Part shown: positions 19,236 to 27,836 of the stretch, one piece after another
Layout of the letters: each line of letters starts with the position of its first letter
Numbering within the stretch: position 1 is the first letter of the stretch
Origin: a virus
Lineage: Duplodnaviria > Caudoviricetes
Length of the DNA stretch: 37,945 bases
Virus record (IMG/VR): IMGVR_UViG_3300009181_000169
Span: 1 to 37,945 of that record
Strand: one strand, 5' to 3'
The notes under the pieces: generated by a model
Told to the model about the DNA's origin: nothing
What the model saw: only the letters and a program-made list of their open reading frames with translations
The model's database searches: none
Program-made: the position numbers and the translations under genes

Positions 19236-20528
19236 ATGACGGATGAAGTTGAAACAGAAGTTGAAGTGAAGGACCCTGATCTTGAACGCCAATGGAATGA
19301 ATGGCTCGCTAAGAATGATCCAGCTACCTTTGAAGCTGTTAATGATGATATCCTGCGTGATACTGTTATTAATGATCTGACTAATGTTTCGAAGATGACC
19401 GTTGAGGAGTACACATTGTTCCAGAAATGGTGTGAAATTCATGAGCGGTATCCTGTTCGTACAGTTTCTACTTTGTTTGGTGAAGAAATTCAGATGGTCG
19501 ATAAAGACCAAGAGATGTTCATCAAGCAAATCAAGGCCAACATCTGGTCACCTAAGGATGTTGATGACTATATGAACCTTCAGCCTGAGTTGATCTATAC
19601 TAAGGATGCTGAACTGTCTGAAACCTGGAATGCTATTCGTACATTCACTTCGACCATGAAAAACAATTCTAACATTGGTCGAAACCTGAATTACATTGTC
19701 ATCGATAGGGCCAGCGGCAAGTATCTCGGTGTTATGTGTATCTCTTCAGACTTCCTTGACTTGACACCTCGTGACCAGTATATCGGTTGGGATCGTGTGA
19801 ACAAGACACAAGGGCATATGATTAACTATACGGCCATTGGTTCTACGATTGTGCCGATGCAGCCTCTTGGTTATAACTATGTTGGCGGCAAGCTTCTCGC
19901 ATTGCTTTGCCTTTCTGATGAAGTGCAGTATCAGTGGAAGAAGCAATATGGTGATACTCTCATTGGTGTGACAACCACATCTTTGTATGGTAAGAACAAG
20001 CTGAATGGTTTGTCTCAGTATGATAATCTCAAGCATTGGAAGAAGATGGGTTTCTCTTCTGGTTCTGTGTCATATGAAACCACGAAGCCGACTGTGAACA
20101 TGATCCGTGATTGGTTGAAGAAGAACCATACACGCAAGTATTTCGAATGGTATCAGGCCAAGAAGCAGTCTGGGCAACCTTACAAGCGCGACCACAAGAA
20201 CCGTTCGTATAACTTCACATACTCGAAAATAAATATCCCAAAAGACCTGATTCGTTCAGAACATCAGCGTGGTATCTATTTTGCGCCACTATATACAAAT
20301 AGCACCGAATTTCTGTGTGGAAAGATTGAAGAAAATAAACTTGAAAAATCTTTCGATACTTCGTATGAAGCACTTGCCAATCTCTGGAAAACCAAGTATG
20401 CTTCCAAGAGAATACGGTCATTGAAGGAACAGAGTCGTGTCTCTACCGAAACTTTGTTCTACGATGATCTGATCTACTTGTCATGGGAAGATACCAAAGC
20501 TAAGTATCTCGCTCAAGTAGGTCGATGA
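19236..20528 (+). CDS. DUF4338 / Druantia DruA-like protein
   Basis: GRNLNYIVIDRASGKYLG, RDQYIGW, PLGYNYVGGKLLALL, TTTSLYG..SQY, GFSSG match the DruA/DUF4338 motif series as I recall it. Start placed at ATG 19236 (alternative 19203). Confidence 0.75.
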   Translation: MTDEVETEVEVKDPDLERQWNEWLAKNDPATFEAVNDDILRDTVINDLTNVSKMTVEEYTLFQKWCEIHERYPVRTVSTLFGEEIQMVDKDQEMFIKQIKANIWSPKDVDDYMNLQPELIYTKDAELSETWNAIRTFTSTMKNNSNIGRNLNYIVIDRASGKYLGVMCISSDFLDLTPRDQYIGWDRVNKTQGHMINYTAIGSTIVPMQPLGYNYVGGKLLALLCLSDEVQYQWKKQYGDTLIGVTTTSLYGKNKLNGLSQYDNLKHWKKMGFSSGSVSYETTKPTVNMIRDWLKKNHTRKYFEWYQAKKQSGQPYKRDHKNRSYNFTYSKINIPKDLIRSEHQRGIYFAPLYTNSTEFLCGKIEENKLEKSFDTSYEALANLWKTKYASKRIRSLKEQSRVSTETLFYDDLIYLSWEDTKAKYLAQVGR

Positions 20529-20607
20529 AAGATTCTAGGTTCTTAAATTAAAGGCCTAGATGATAAGCTGTTACACTTTAGTACAGCAAAATATGGAGAA
20601 CTAGACT

Positions 20608-21753
20608 ATGCACACAATGATAACAAGTAAAGATAACCATCTGTATGATGGTAATGTAAACCAAGAACTTCCTAAAATTGCAGGTGCGACTTATGTTGGA
20701 AGAAAGTGGGTTCTTTTTAAGAACATACATTTCACACCAACTTCTAACCCATGGCGAGTTTCTGGCGATGATCTAGCTCATATTCTAGAAGTTAAGTCTA
20801 GTCTTGAATATGGTATCGATTTCAAAGCCGACTTGCCGATATTATATGTACTTCCTTCTCCTAAAATAGATTCTAAAGGTGATGTGCAGGCCTATGGTTT
20901 GAATGCCGGTAATCATAGGTTAAAAGCTCTTGTAGCCTTAGGCTATGAAGGATATTGGTTTGATATCATCAAGGTCGGTGAAGAAGGATTTGGAGTTTTA
21001 AGAACTCTTACCGTCGTCAGTTGTAGAGAGAATACTAGTTTACCTAAAAAGAGGGCTGACAATGATGATATCATTTCAGCAGTCACCGATGTGGTAAATA
21101 ATAATCAGGTTAAGAATGATCTCTCTGCTATAAGAGAATATGTTGAAGAATGTTGCCCAACATTCTCTAAGACAAGAGTAACTACAATTGCCAAAGCGGT
21201 TGGCGCAAGAACTTTTTCAACAAACGACAAGTTTGTAAATTGGAATGGATATCTTAATCTAGAAGATACCATCAAGAAAAATTTCGATAGGGCTTCACAT
21301 GGTACTTTAGACACGAAGAGAGATGAATATGGTTTCACCATGCTTGACGGCGGATATCATATTAAAGGTATGTACCATGTTATGTCTAAGTTTTATGATG
21401 ATCGTAGGTCTTCATATATCATTGGTCATGTAAGAAATCCTGACAGCGAAGGATCTCTGGTCAAAAACAGGCTATCGTTTTTGAAGAACCTTGAAAATTT
21501 CGAAGAAATGTTGTTGACTATTTTTGAGTACTATGAAGAGAATAGAAAATTTCCTTGGTATGTTGAAGGGTTTCTTCCTCAAAATACAGGAAATGAAATC
21601 GATGCTATCAACAACGGTGAAATCTTAAAGTTCACAATCAAAGAACTTGAAAAGAATAAGGCCAAAATCGATGCCGATAGATTGAGTAAGAAACTTGGTG
21701 TCTCAACAACAAATGTTCTTCCAATCAAAGAAGACGAAGACTGCGACGCTTGA
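20608..21753 (+). CDS. Protein with ParB/Srx-like N-terminal domain
   Basis: PILY...LNAGNHRLKAL...EN resembles the ParB/sulfiredoxin G-x-H-R motif; SD GGAG; visibly AT-richer than its neighbours. Confidence 0.55.
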   Translation: MHTMITSKDNHLYDGNVNQELPKIAGATYVGRKWVLFKNIHFTPTSNPWRVSGDDLAHILEVKSSLEYGIDFKADLPILYVLPSPKIDSKGDVQAYGLNAGNHRLKALVALGYEGYWFDIIKVGEEGFGVLRTLTVVSCRENTSLPKKRADNDDIISAVTDVVNNNQVKNDLSAIREYVEECCPTFSKTRVTTIAKAVGARTFSTNDKFVNWNGYLNLEDTIKKNFDRASHGTLDTKRDEYGFTMLDGGYHIKGMYHVMSKFYDDRRSSYIIGHVRNPDSEGSLVKNRLSFLKNLENFEEMLLTIFEYYEENRKFPWYVEGFLPQNTGNEIDAINNGEILKFTIKELEKNKAKIDADRLSKKLGVSTTNVLPIKEDEDCDA

Positions 21754-21780
21754 TTTCCTTACATAGATAGCCTACAATAT

Positions 21781-21810
21781 AGAAGGTCGGGAGCAATTCC
21801 GACCTTCTTT
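21781..21810 (+). terminator. Intrinsic terminator
   Basis: AGAAGGTCGG(GA)-GCAA-(TT)CCGACCTTCT followed by TT. Confidence 0.75.
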
Positions 21811-21843
21811 CGTTATGTAACAAACTCTGTTACAAACATCTGG

Positions 21844-21871
21844 TTGACATACCCGCCAAATCCTCTATAAT
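21844..21871 (+). promoter_or_regulatory. Sigma70-type early promoter
   Basis: TTGACA-N16-TATAAT, with the shared TCCTCTATAAT block. Confidence 0.75.
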
Positions 21872-21899
21872 ATACATATGTTGAAGAGAGGTTCTAGGA

Positions 21900-24077
21900 A
21901 TGACGGTAATCGCAAGCCAATCCAAATCAGTGTTAGCCAAGCTGTTGGCTACGGAAAACATCACCATGCAAAAACTGGCTGGCGCTCAGACTGCATGGTT
22001 TGACGTTAAGAACCGCGTCCTCACTTTGCCTATCTGGCAAGGTATCTCAGATGACCTTGAAGACATGCTGGTCGTACATGAGGTCGGCCATGCTCTTGAT
22101 ACTCCCTGCGATGGCTGGACGAATGCCATCAAAGATATCGCCACTAAGATATATGGCACGACCAGCAAACAGAACCAGATGGCTGTCAAAGGTTTCCTCA
22201 ATGTGATCGAGGATGCCCGTATTGATAAGCGTCAGAAGCGTCGTTATCCTGGCGCTCGCCGCAATTACATTGTCGGCTACAAAGAACTCATGGACCGTGA
22301 TTTCTTCGGCACTGCAAACAAGGATATCAATTCTTACTCCTTCATCGACCGTGTTAACATCTACTTCAAAGGTGGTGTTGCGCTCGGTGTCAAGTTCTCT
22401 CCTGAAGAAAATGCCTTCGTAAAGCGTATCGATGCGGCCGAGACCTTCAAAGAGGTCGTCAAGATTACCGAAGAAGTCTTTGCATATGCCAAGCTTCGCG
22501 GTGAAGAAGACCAAAAGATCCAGATGGAAGCCGTTCGTTCTGGTGATGGTGACCAAGATGAGGGTGAAGACTTCGGCGATGATTTCGATGAATTTGAAGA
22601 TGATGATGAAGAAAGCGAAGGTTCGAAAGGTTATCAAGGCGAAGGTGATATCTCGGCCTCTGATGACCAGACCGATGATGAAGAAGACGGCGAAGGTGAT
22701 GACCAAGACCAGACCTCAAACGGCGCTGGTTCGAGTGACTTCATTCCTGAGTCCAAGACTGAGAAAGCTTGGGAACAAAAGCAGAGTGAACTGGTCGCAA
22801 ACGGTACCACAAAGTACCAGTATGTTGGTGTGCCTAAGCCTGTCGTTTCCAAGATTGTCGATGACTACAAGGTCTTCCTCAAAGAAAACTTCAATTATTA
22901 TAATGGGCATAATTCAGCCGACAGAAATTGGTTCCCTACAATTCAAGCTGAGGTGACCAAGTTCCGCACCGAAGAAAACGCATCAATCTCCTTCATGGTG
23001 AAAGAGTTTGAAATGAAGAAGTCTGCGGATATTTTCTCGCGGATTTCGATTGCAAAAACTGGTGTACTTGATACGAATAAGATCCATTCTTACAAGTATA
23101 ACGAAGACATCTTTCGTCGTCAGGCCGTTGTGCCTACTGGCAAGAACCATGGCTTCGTGATGATCCTTGACTGGTCTGGTTCGATGCACAGTTCTCTGAG
23201 AGATACCATCAAGCAGCTTATCAGCTTGACCTCTTTCTGTAAGCGTACACAGATTCCTTTTGAAGTCTACACTTTCCGCGATCATACTGTATCGAAAGGT
23301 TCTTCTTGGGAAATGCTTCGAGGCGATCTTCAGTTTGAAAATCTCACCATGCGGAATATCCTTTCGTCTCGCATGAATGTCACAGAACTGAATAATGCTT
23401 ATAACCTACTTTGGGCCATGTCGAAGTCTGGTTCTCACATGGAACCTATGGGTGGTACACCGCTCAACGGTGCTATCGTTGTGACCGAGCAACTGGTCAA
23501 CCAGTTCAAGGCTCGTAGCAAGGTGCAGATTGTGAATGTGATCTTTCTGACCGATGGTGGTTCGAACACCATCAAAGGTGTCACAGGTACAGATATCGGT
23601 AACCGCTGGACTGGTGATACCAAATATATCATCCAAGACAAGGTGATGAAGAAAGATTACTATCTCACAGATCATATCTATAGTTCTGCCAATGAGATTA
23701 CAATCAACCTTCTCAAGATACTCAAGGATCGTACTGGTTGCAACCTGATTGGCTTCTATCTGCATGACAGAAGTTCCAACCGTGTTGTCCATGAATTCTA
23801 CGGCTATGCTATCGAAGAAAAGTTTCGTGCTGCAATGGTGAAATCTTGGAATGAAAACAAGTTTATTCCTGTGACCAACCATGGTTATGATGATTACTAC
23901 ATCATCAATACTCCGGCCATGAAAGATACGGAAAACAAGCTTGAAGTCAACAGTACCATGACAAAAGCAAAGATTGCTAAGGAATTTATGAAGTTTTCTG
24001 AAAAGAAAGCTGTCAACCGTATTCTCCTGAAGCGGTTCATCGATAAGATCACCTCGGACAAGAAGCGGGTGGCTTGA
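21900..24077 (+). CDS. CobT-like protein: N-terminal HExxH metallopeptidase-like domain, acidic linker, C-terminal VWA domain
   Basis: HEVGH, NVIEDARI, D/E-rich linker, MIDAS motif LDWSGSM, GGTPL, FLTDG. Confidence 0.85.
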   Translation: MTVIASQSKSVLAKLLATENITMQKLAGAQTAWFDVKNRVLTLPIWQGISDDLEDMLVVHEVGHALDTPCDGWTNAIKDIATKIYGTTSKQNQMAVKGFLNVIEDARIDKRQKRRYPGARRNYIVGYKELMDRDFFGTANKDINSYSFIDRVNIYFKGGVALGVKFSPEENAFVKRIDAAETFKEVVKITEEVFAYAKLRGEEDQKIQMEAVRSGDGDQDEGEDFGDDFDEFEDDDEESEGSKGYQGEGDISASDDQTDDEEDGEGDDQDQTSNGAGSSDFIPESKTEKAWEQKQSELVANGTTKYQYVGVPKPVVSKIVDDYKVFLKENFNYYNGHNSADRNWFPTIQAEVTKFRTEENASISFMVKEFEMKKSADIFSRISIAKTGVLDTNKIHSYKYNEDIFRRQAVVPTGKNHGFVMILDWSGSMHSSLRDTIKQLISLTSFCKRTQIPFEVYTFRDHTVSKGSSWEMLRGDLQFENLTMRNILSSRMNVTELNNAYNLLWAMSKSGSHMEPMGGTPLNGAIVVTEQLVNQFKARSKVQIVNVIFLTDGGSNTIKGVTGTDIGNRWTGDTKYIIQDKVMKKDYYLTDHIYSSANEITINLLKILKDRTGCNLIGFYLHDRSSNRVVHEFYGYAIEEKFRAAMVKSWNENKFIPVTNHGYDDYYIINTPAMKDTENKLEVNSTMTKAKIAKEFMKFSEKKAVNRILLKRFIDKITSDKKRVA

Positions 24078-24102
24078 CAAAGCCACCCTACTCCTCTATA
24101 AT
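24074..24102 (+). promoter_or_regulatory. Sigma70-type early promoter
   Basis: TTGACA-N17-TATAAT, with TCCTCTATAAT. Confidence 0.8.
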
Positions 24103-24136
24103 ACTCCTATGATGATGAGAAAGACAGGAAAGACAG

Positions 24137-25315
24137 ATGCCTAAGATCACTGACCGTTCGCAGTTCATTGAAGCCGCCCGTAATGCTTACGGAAACATTG
24201 ACTCCATCACTCGCCCAATGGTGATTGAGCTTTGTGAATCACGCAACCTTGATTATCCGAATTGGCTGGTCAATGATAAGCAATACCGCATTGCTCGCGG
24301 TGTTTACAGTATCGCTTCTTTTGGTACTGCAAAGCCGGTAACCAAGCAGGCGCCGCCTGCACCCGTGATGCCTGAGATGGCGGTTGCTATGGCAGCCGCA
24401 GCGGTTCAGTTGAATGTGTCTGCGCCTGTTGACCTTGTGCCTGCTAAGGCCTCTGGCTATGTACCTTTCGGTAACTTTGCAGATGTTCGTACCATCGTGA
24501 AGTCCAACAAATTCTATCCCATGTATATCACTGGTCTGTCCGGCAACGGCAAGACCATGATGGTAGAGCAAGTCTGCGCCGCTGAAAAGCGTGAAATGGT
24601 CCGTGTCAATATCACCATCGAAACCGACGAAGATGACCTGATCGGCGGCTTCCGCCTGATCGATGGTCGTACCGTCTGGCAGAATGGTCCTGTTGTTGTG
24701 GCTATGGAACGTGGTGCAGTCCTGCTCCTCGATGAAGTTGACCTTGGCTCTAACAAGCTTATGTGTCTCCAGCCTGTCCTTGAAGGCAAGCCGATCTATC
24801 TCAAAAAGATCAACAAGGTTATCACCCCTGTTGCTGGCTTCAATGTGATTGCTACCGCAAACACCAAGGGCAAGGGTTCAGATGATGGGCGCTTCATTGG
24901 CACCAACGTGATGAACGAAGCCTTTCTTGAGCGTTTCTCCATCACCATGGAACAAGAATATCCTGCTCAGAAGGTAGAGCAAAAGATCCTGAACAATGTG
25001 CTTGGTGCTAACGGTATTGAAGATACTGGCTTCACCGATAAGCTTGTGCAGTGGGCCGACGTAATCCGCAAGTCTTTCTATGAAGGTGCTGTGAGTGAGA
25101 TTATCTCCACTCGCCGTCTCGTCCACATCTGCGAAGCCTTCGTGATCTTTGGGCAAAAGCGCGACAAGGCTATTGAGCTTTGCCTGAACCGCTTCGACGT
25201 TGATACCAAGACTGGTTTCATGGACCTCTACAAGAAGCTGGACGAGACGATCAATCCTCTTGATCCTGCTCAACAGATGAACGAACTCAAGAAGGCCGCA
25301 GAGGTTGCCTTCTGA
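24137..25315 (+). CDS. cobS: MoxR-type AAA+ ATPase (phage 'CobS')
   Basis: Walker A GLSGNGKT, DEDDLIGG, Walker B LLLDEVD, TANTKGKGSDDGRFIGTNVMNEAFLERF, ISTRRL. Confidence 0.9.
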   Translation: MPKITDRSQFIEAARNAYGNIDSITRPMVIELCESRNLDYPNWLVNDKQYRIARGVYSIASFGTAKPVTKQAPPAPVMPEMAVAMAAAAVQLNVSAPVDLVPAKASGYVPFGNFADVRTIVKSNKFYPMYITGLSGNGKTMMVEQVCAAEKREMVRVNITIETDEDDLIGGFRLIDGRTVWQNGPVVVAMERGAVLLLDEVDLGSNKLMCLQPVLEGKPIYLKKINKVITPVAGFNVIATANTKGKGSDDGRFIGTNVMNEAFLERFSITMEQEYPAQKVEQKILNNVLGANGIEDTGFTDKLVQWADVIRKSFYEGAVSEIISTRRLVHICEAFVIFGQKRDKAIELCLNRFDVDTKTGFMDLYKKLDETINPLDPAQQMNELKKAAEVAF

Positions 25316-25333
25316 GTTAAACTCCGCTATACT
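25305..25333 (+). promoter_or_regulatory. Possible sigma70-type promoter
   Basis: TTGCCT-N17-TATACT preceded by GC. Confidence 0.45.
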
Positions 25334-25385
25334 CCATCAAGGTGTTTCAGCCACTCACCTTGATGGACTTTTTTATCTAGTGGCT
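25333..25385 (+). other. Structured RNA: 12-bp hairpin with U-tract and potential H-type pseudoknot
   Basis: TCCATCAAGGTG/CACCTTGATGGA stem; loop AGCCACT (25349-25355) is the exact complement of AGTGGCT (25379-25385). Confidence 0.65.
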
Positions 25386-25404
25386 TATATTATGGAGAAA
25401 ATGA

Positions 25405-25617
25405 ATGTCTCAGTTGTCTAAGGTTGCAAAGCATCTTCGTCGTAACTCTACCGGGCCAGGCGTCACTGCTGCTAAGTTGGCCAAGCTTGCCGGTGTTTCG
25501 AAGGAGAGCGTTTACAAGCGCATCTACGACCTTCGCACTATTGAAGGTAAGGCTATCTACAGCAACTTCCGCATGGTCAAGGGCCAGCGCAAGATGTTTT
25601 ATCGCATTGCTGCCTAA
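25405..25617 (+). CDS. Small winged-HTH DNA-binding protein
   Basis: GVTAAKLAKLAGVSKESVYKRIYDLR HTH followed by a beta-wing; basic, 70 aa; SD GGAG. Confidence 0.75.
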   Translation: MSQLSKVAKHLRRNSTGPGVTAAKLAKLAGVSKESVYKRIYDLRTIEGKAIYSNFRMVKGQRKMFYRIAA

Positions 25618-25635
25618 AATTTTCAGGTAGCCTCA

Positions 25636-25671
25636 GAAAGGGACGCTATATAATAGTGGCGTCCCTTTTTT
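25636..25671 (+). terminator. Intrinsic terminator
   Basis: AAAGGGACGCT...GGCGTCCCTTT stem with T run. Confidence 0.75.
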
Positions 25672-25692
25672 GTCATAACTGGAGTGGTCATT

Positions 25693-26511
25693 ATGGAACT
25701 ATCAATCAATGTTGAAGAATTAAGAAAGAACAAGCTATTCATTGCAACACCTATGTATGGTGGGCAGTGCAATGGGCTTTACATGAAAGCCTGCCTTGAC
25801 CTTCAGGGTATCTGTCAGCAATACGGTATTGAAGTTAGGTTTTCGTTTCTGTTCAATGAAAGCTTGATTACTCGCGCACGAAACTATCTTGTCGATGAGT
25901 TTATCCGCTCTGGCTATACTCATCTTCTCTTCATCGACTCAGACATCCTTTTCAATCCTCAAGACGTTCTCGCTCTCCTTGCTCTCGACAAGGATGTGAT
26001 TGGCGGCCCGTATCCGAAGAAGTCTATCAACTGGCGTAACGTATTTGCTGGTGCAAAGCGTGTGCTTGAAGATCCAAACTTTGACATCACCAAGTTCAAT
26101 CCTGGTGAGCTTGAAGGTTTGACTGGTGATTATGTGTTCAATCCTGTTCCTGGTACAACCACGTTCCGCGTGAGTGAGCCGCTTGAGGTCATGGAGATTG
26201 GCACTGGTTATATGCTCGTCAAGCGAGCCGTCTTCGACAAGTTCAGAGATGAGTATCCGCATTTGAACTATAAGCCTGACCATGTTGGGCAACAGAACTT
26301 CGACGGCTCAAGGTACATTCATGCTTACTTTGATACCGTTATCGATCCCGACTCTCACCGTTATCTGTCTGAAGACTATATGTTCTGTCAGTACTGGCGT
26401 GCGATTGGTGGTAACATCTGGCTCTGCCCTTGGATGCAGACACAGCATGTTGGCACTTACGCCTTCCAAGGTAACATGCCCAAGATTGCAGAGTTAACAG
26501 GAAACCTCTAA
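25693..26511 (+). CDS. GT-A fold glycosyltransferase-like protein
   Basis: IATPMYGG, ESLITRARN, DxD motif FIDSD, IGTGYML, YLSEDYMFC, H-x-G; SD GGAG at 25681. Confidence 0.8.
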   Translation: MELSINVEELRKNKLFIATPMYGGQCNGLYMKACLDLQGICQQYGIEVRFSFLFNESLITRARNYLVDEFIRSGYTHLLFIDSDILFNPQDVLALLALDKDVIGGPYPKKSINWRNVFAGAKRVLEDPNFDITKFNPGELEGLTGDYVFNPVPGTTTFRVSEPLEVMEIGTGYMLVKRAVFDKFRDEYPHLNYKPDHVGQQNFDGSRYIHAYFDTVIDPDSHRYLSEDYMFCQYWRAIGGNIWLCPWMQTQHVGTYAFQGNMPKIAELTGNL

Positions 26512-26513
26512 AC

Positions 26514-27161
26514 ATGTTGATCGGCGTAGTTGGATTCGCCGGCTCAGGTAAGGGAACGATTGGTGATGTCTTAATTAGAGATTACCAATTCGTTCGCCTT
26601 TCTTTTGCTGATGCACTGAAAGATGCTGTCTCGGTTATCTTTGGCTGGGATAGGCAAATGCTTGAAGGTGATACCAAAGAAAGCCGTGACTGGCGTGAGA
26701 AGGTTGATCCTTGGTGGTCTGACAAATTTGGTTATCAGGTAACACCTCGTCTGATGATGCAGAAGATGGGCACTGAGGCCGGGCGCCAAGTCTTTGATGA
26801 TGAAATCTGGATTCATACTGTAGCAAAGCGATTGAAAGATCACAAGCATGTGGTTATTCCTGATGTTCGATTTCCAAATGAGATTGACTTCATTCGCAAG
26901 AGTGGTGGATACATCGTGCAAGTAAACCGAGGTAAAGCACCGAAGTGGTATGATGTAGCCGTGCAGGCTAACAAAGAACAGAATACCGACCTCATGGTAA
27001 ACTATCCGATCCATTATTCAGAATGGGCATGGGTTGGCTATCATCGTGACTACACTATCGAAAACAATGGAAGTTTGGTGATGTTAGAATCTGATCTTCT
27101 TCACATGATGAAGGTCTTTACAGGGCCAACAAACTCTGATATAATCAAATCTGTAGCTTGA
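26514..27161 (+). CDS. gp1: Deoxynucleoside monophosphate kinase
   Basis: P-loop GFAGSGKGT, SFADALKD, TPRLMMQKMGTE, VIPDVRFPNE, HYSE. Confidence 0.9.
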   Translation: MLIGVVGFAGSGKGTIGDVLIRDYQFVRLSFADALKDAVSVIFGWDRQMLEGDTKESRDWREKVDPWWSDKFGYQVTPRLMMQKMGTEAGRQVFDDEIWIHTVAKRLKDHKHVVIPDVRFPNEIDFIRKSGGYIVQVNRGKAPKWYDVAVQANKEQNTDLMVNYPIHYSEWAWVGYHRDYTIENNGSLVMLESDLLHMMKVFTGPTNSDIIKSVA

Positions 27162-27179
27162 AACTAAGGAGTCTATATT

Positions 27180-27836
27180 ATGAAGATGAATGAACGTACT
27201 CTAACTGTCTTGAAGAACTTCGCCAGTATCAACTCTGGTGTTGTCCTTCGCCCAGGTCTTATTCAAAAGACCGTATCTCCTGAAAGCACAATCCTTGTTG
27301 AGGCACATCTTGAAGATGACTTCACTGAGACTTTCGGCATCTATGACTTGAATCAGTTCCTCGGCAATGTCACGACCTTGAATAGCCCTGAATTGAGCTT
27401 CACTTCACAGTCTGTCATTATGAAAGATGCTGACCTTGAGTTGAATTTCTACTCTGCGTCTCCTAATCTCATCATCTCTCCGCCTGAAGGCAAGGATCTT
27501 GTGATGAAAGATGCTGACGTATCTTTCAATCTCACATACGCAACCTTGCAAAAGCTTCTTCGCTTGGCTTCAATGAATGATCTCTCCAATCTTTCTATCA
27601 TCGGTAAGAATGGCGGCATCTATCTTCAGGCCCATGAGTCGAAGAATGATACATCGAACTTCGCTTCTTCAAAGATCGCTGACCATGATGGTGCGGACTT
27701 TAGTGTGATGTTCAAGACTGAAAACCTGAAGCTGATCCCTGATGACTACAAGGTCGAAATCAAGATTGGTGGTTTCACCTGCTGGACTAACAAGAACGCA
27801 ACCCTCAAGTATTTCATCGCTCTGGAGAAGAAGTAA
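27180..27836 (+). CDS. gp45: DNA polymerase sliding clamp
   Basis: TLTVLKNFASINSG, FGIYDLNQFL, FKTENLKLIPDDYKV, YFIALE. Confidence 0.96.
   Translation: MKMNERTLTVLKNFASINSGVVLRPGLIQKTVSPESTILVEAHLEDDFTETFGIYDLNQFLGNVTTLNSPELSFTSQSVIMKDADLELNFYSASPNLIISPPEGKDLVMKDADVSFNLTYATLQKLLRLASMNDLSNLSIIGKNGGIYLQAHESKNDTSNFASSKIADHDGADFSVMFKTENLKLIPDDYKVEIKIGGFTCWTNKNATLKYFIALEKK

Noticed and set aside
19236-20528. A complete Druantia defence system
   Set aside because: No DruE-type helicase or other Dru genes adjacent; the nearby helicase is ordinary UvsW.
20568-21834. CTGTTACA on both sides of the ParB-like gene as a target-site duplication
   Set aside because: Only 8 bp, with no transposase or terminal repeats; chance or operator half-sites are as likely.
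22047-24086. Long minus-strand ORFs (22047-22706, 23406-24086) and the + frame ORF 22432-22956
   Set aside because: Shadows of the VWA gene's biased codon usage; no SD, no recognisable motifs, fully overlapping a well-supported CDS.
21900-25315. Cobalamin biosynthesis (cobaltochelatase) interpretation of CobS/CobT
   Set aside because: No cobN or other cob genes in the window; architecture fits a generic MoxR/VWA pair.
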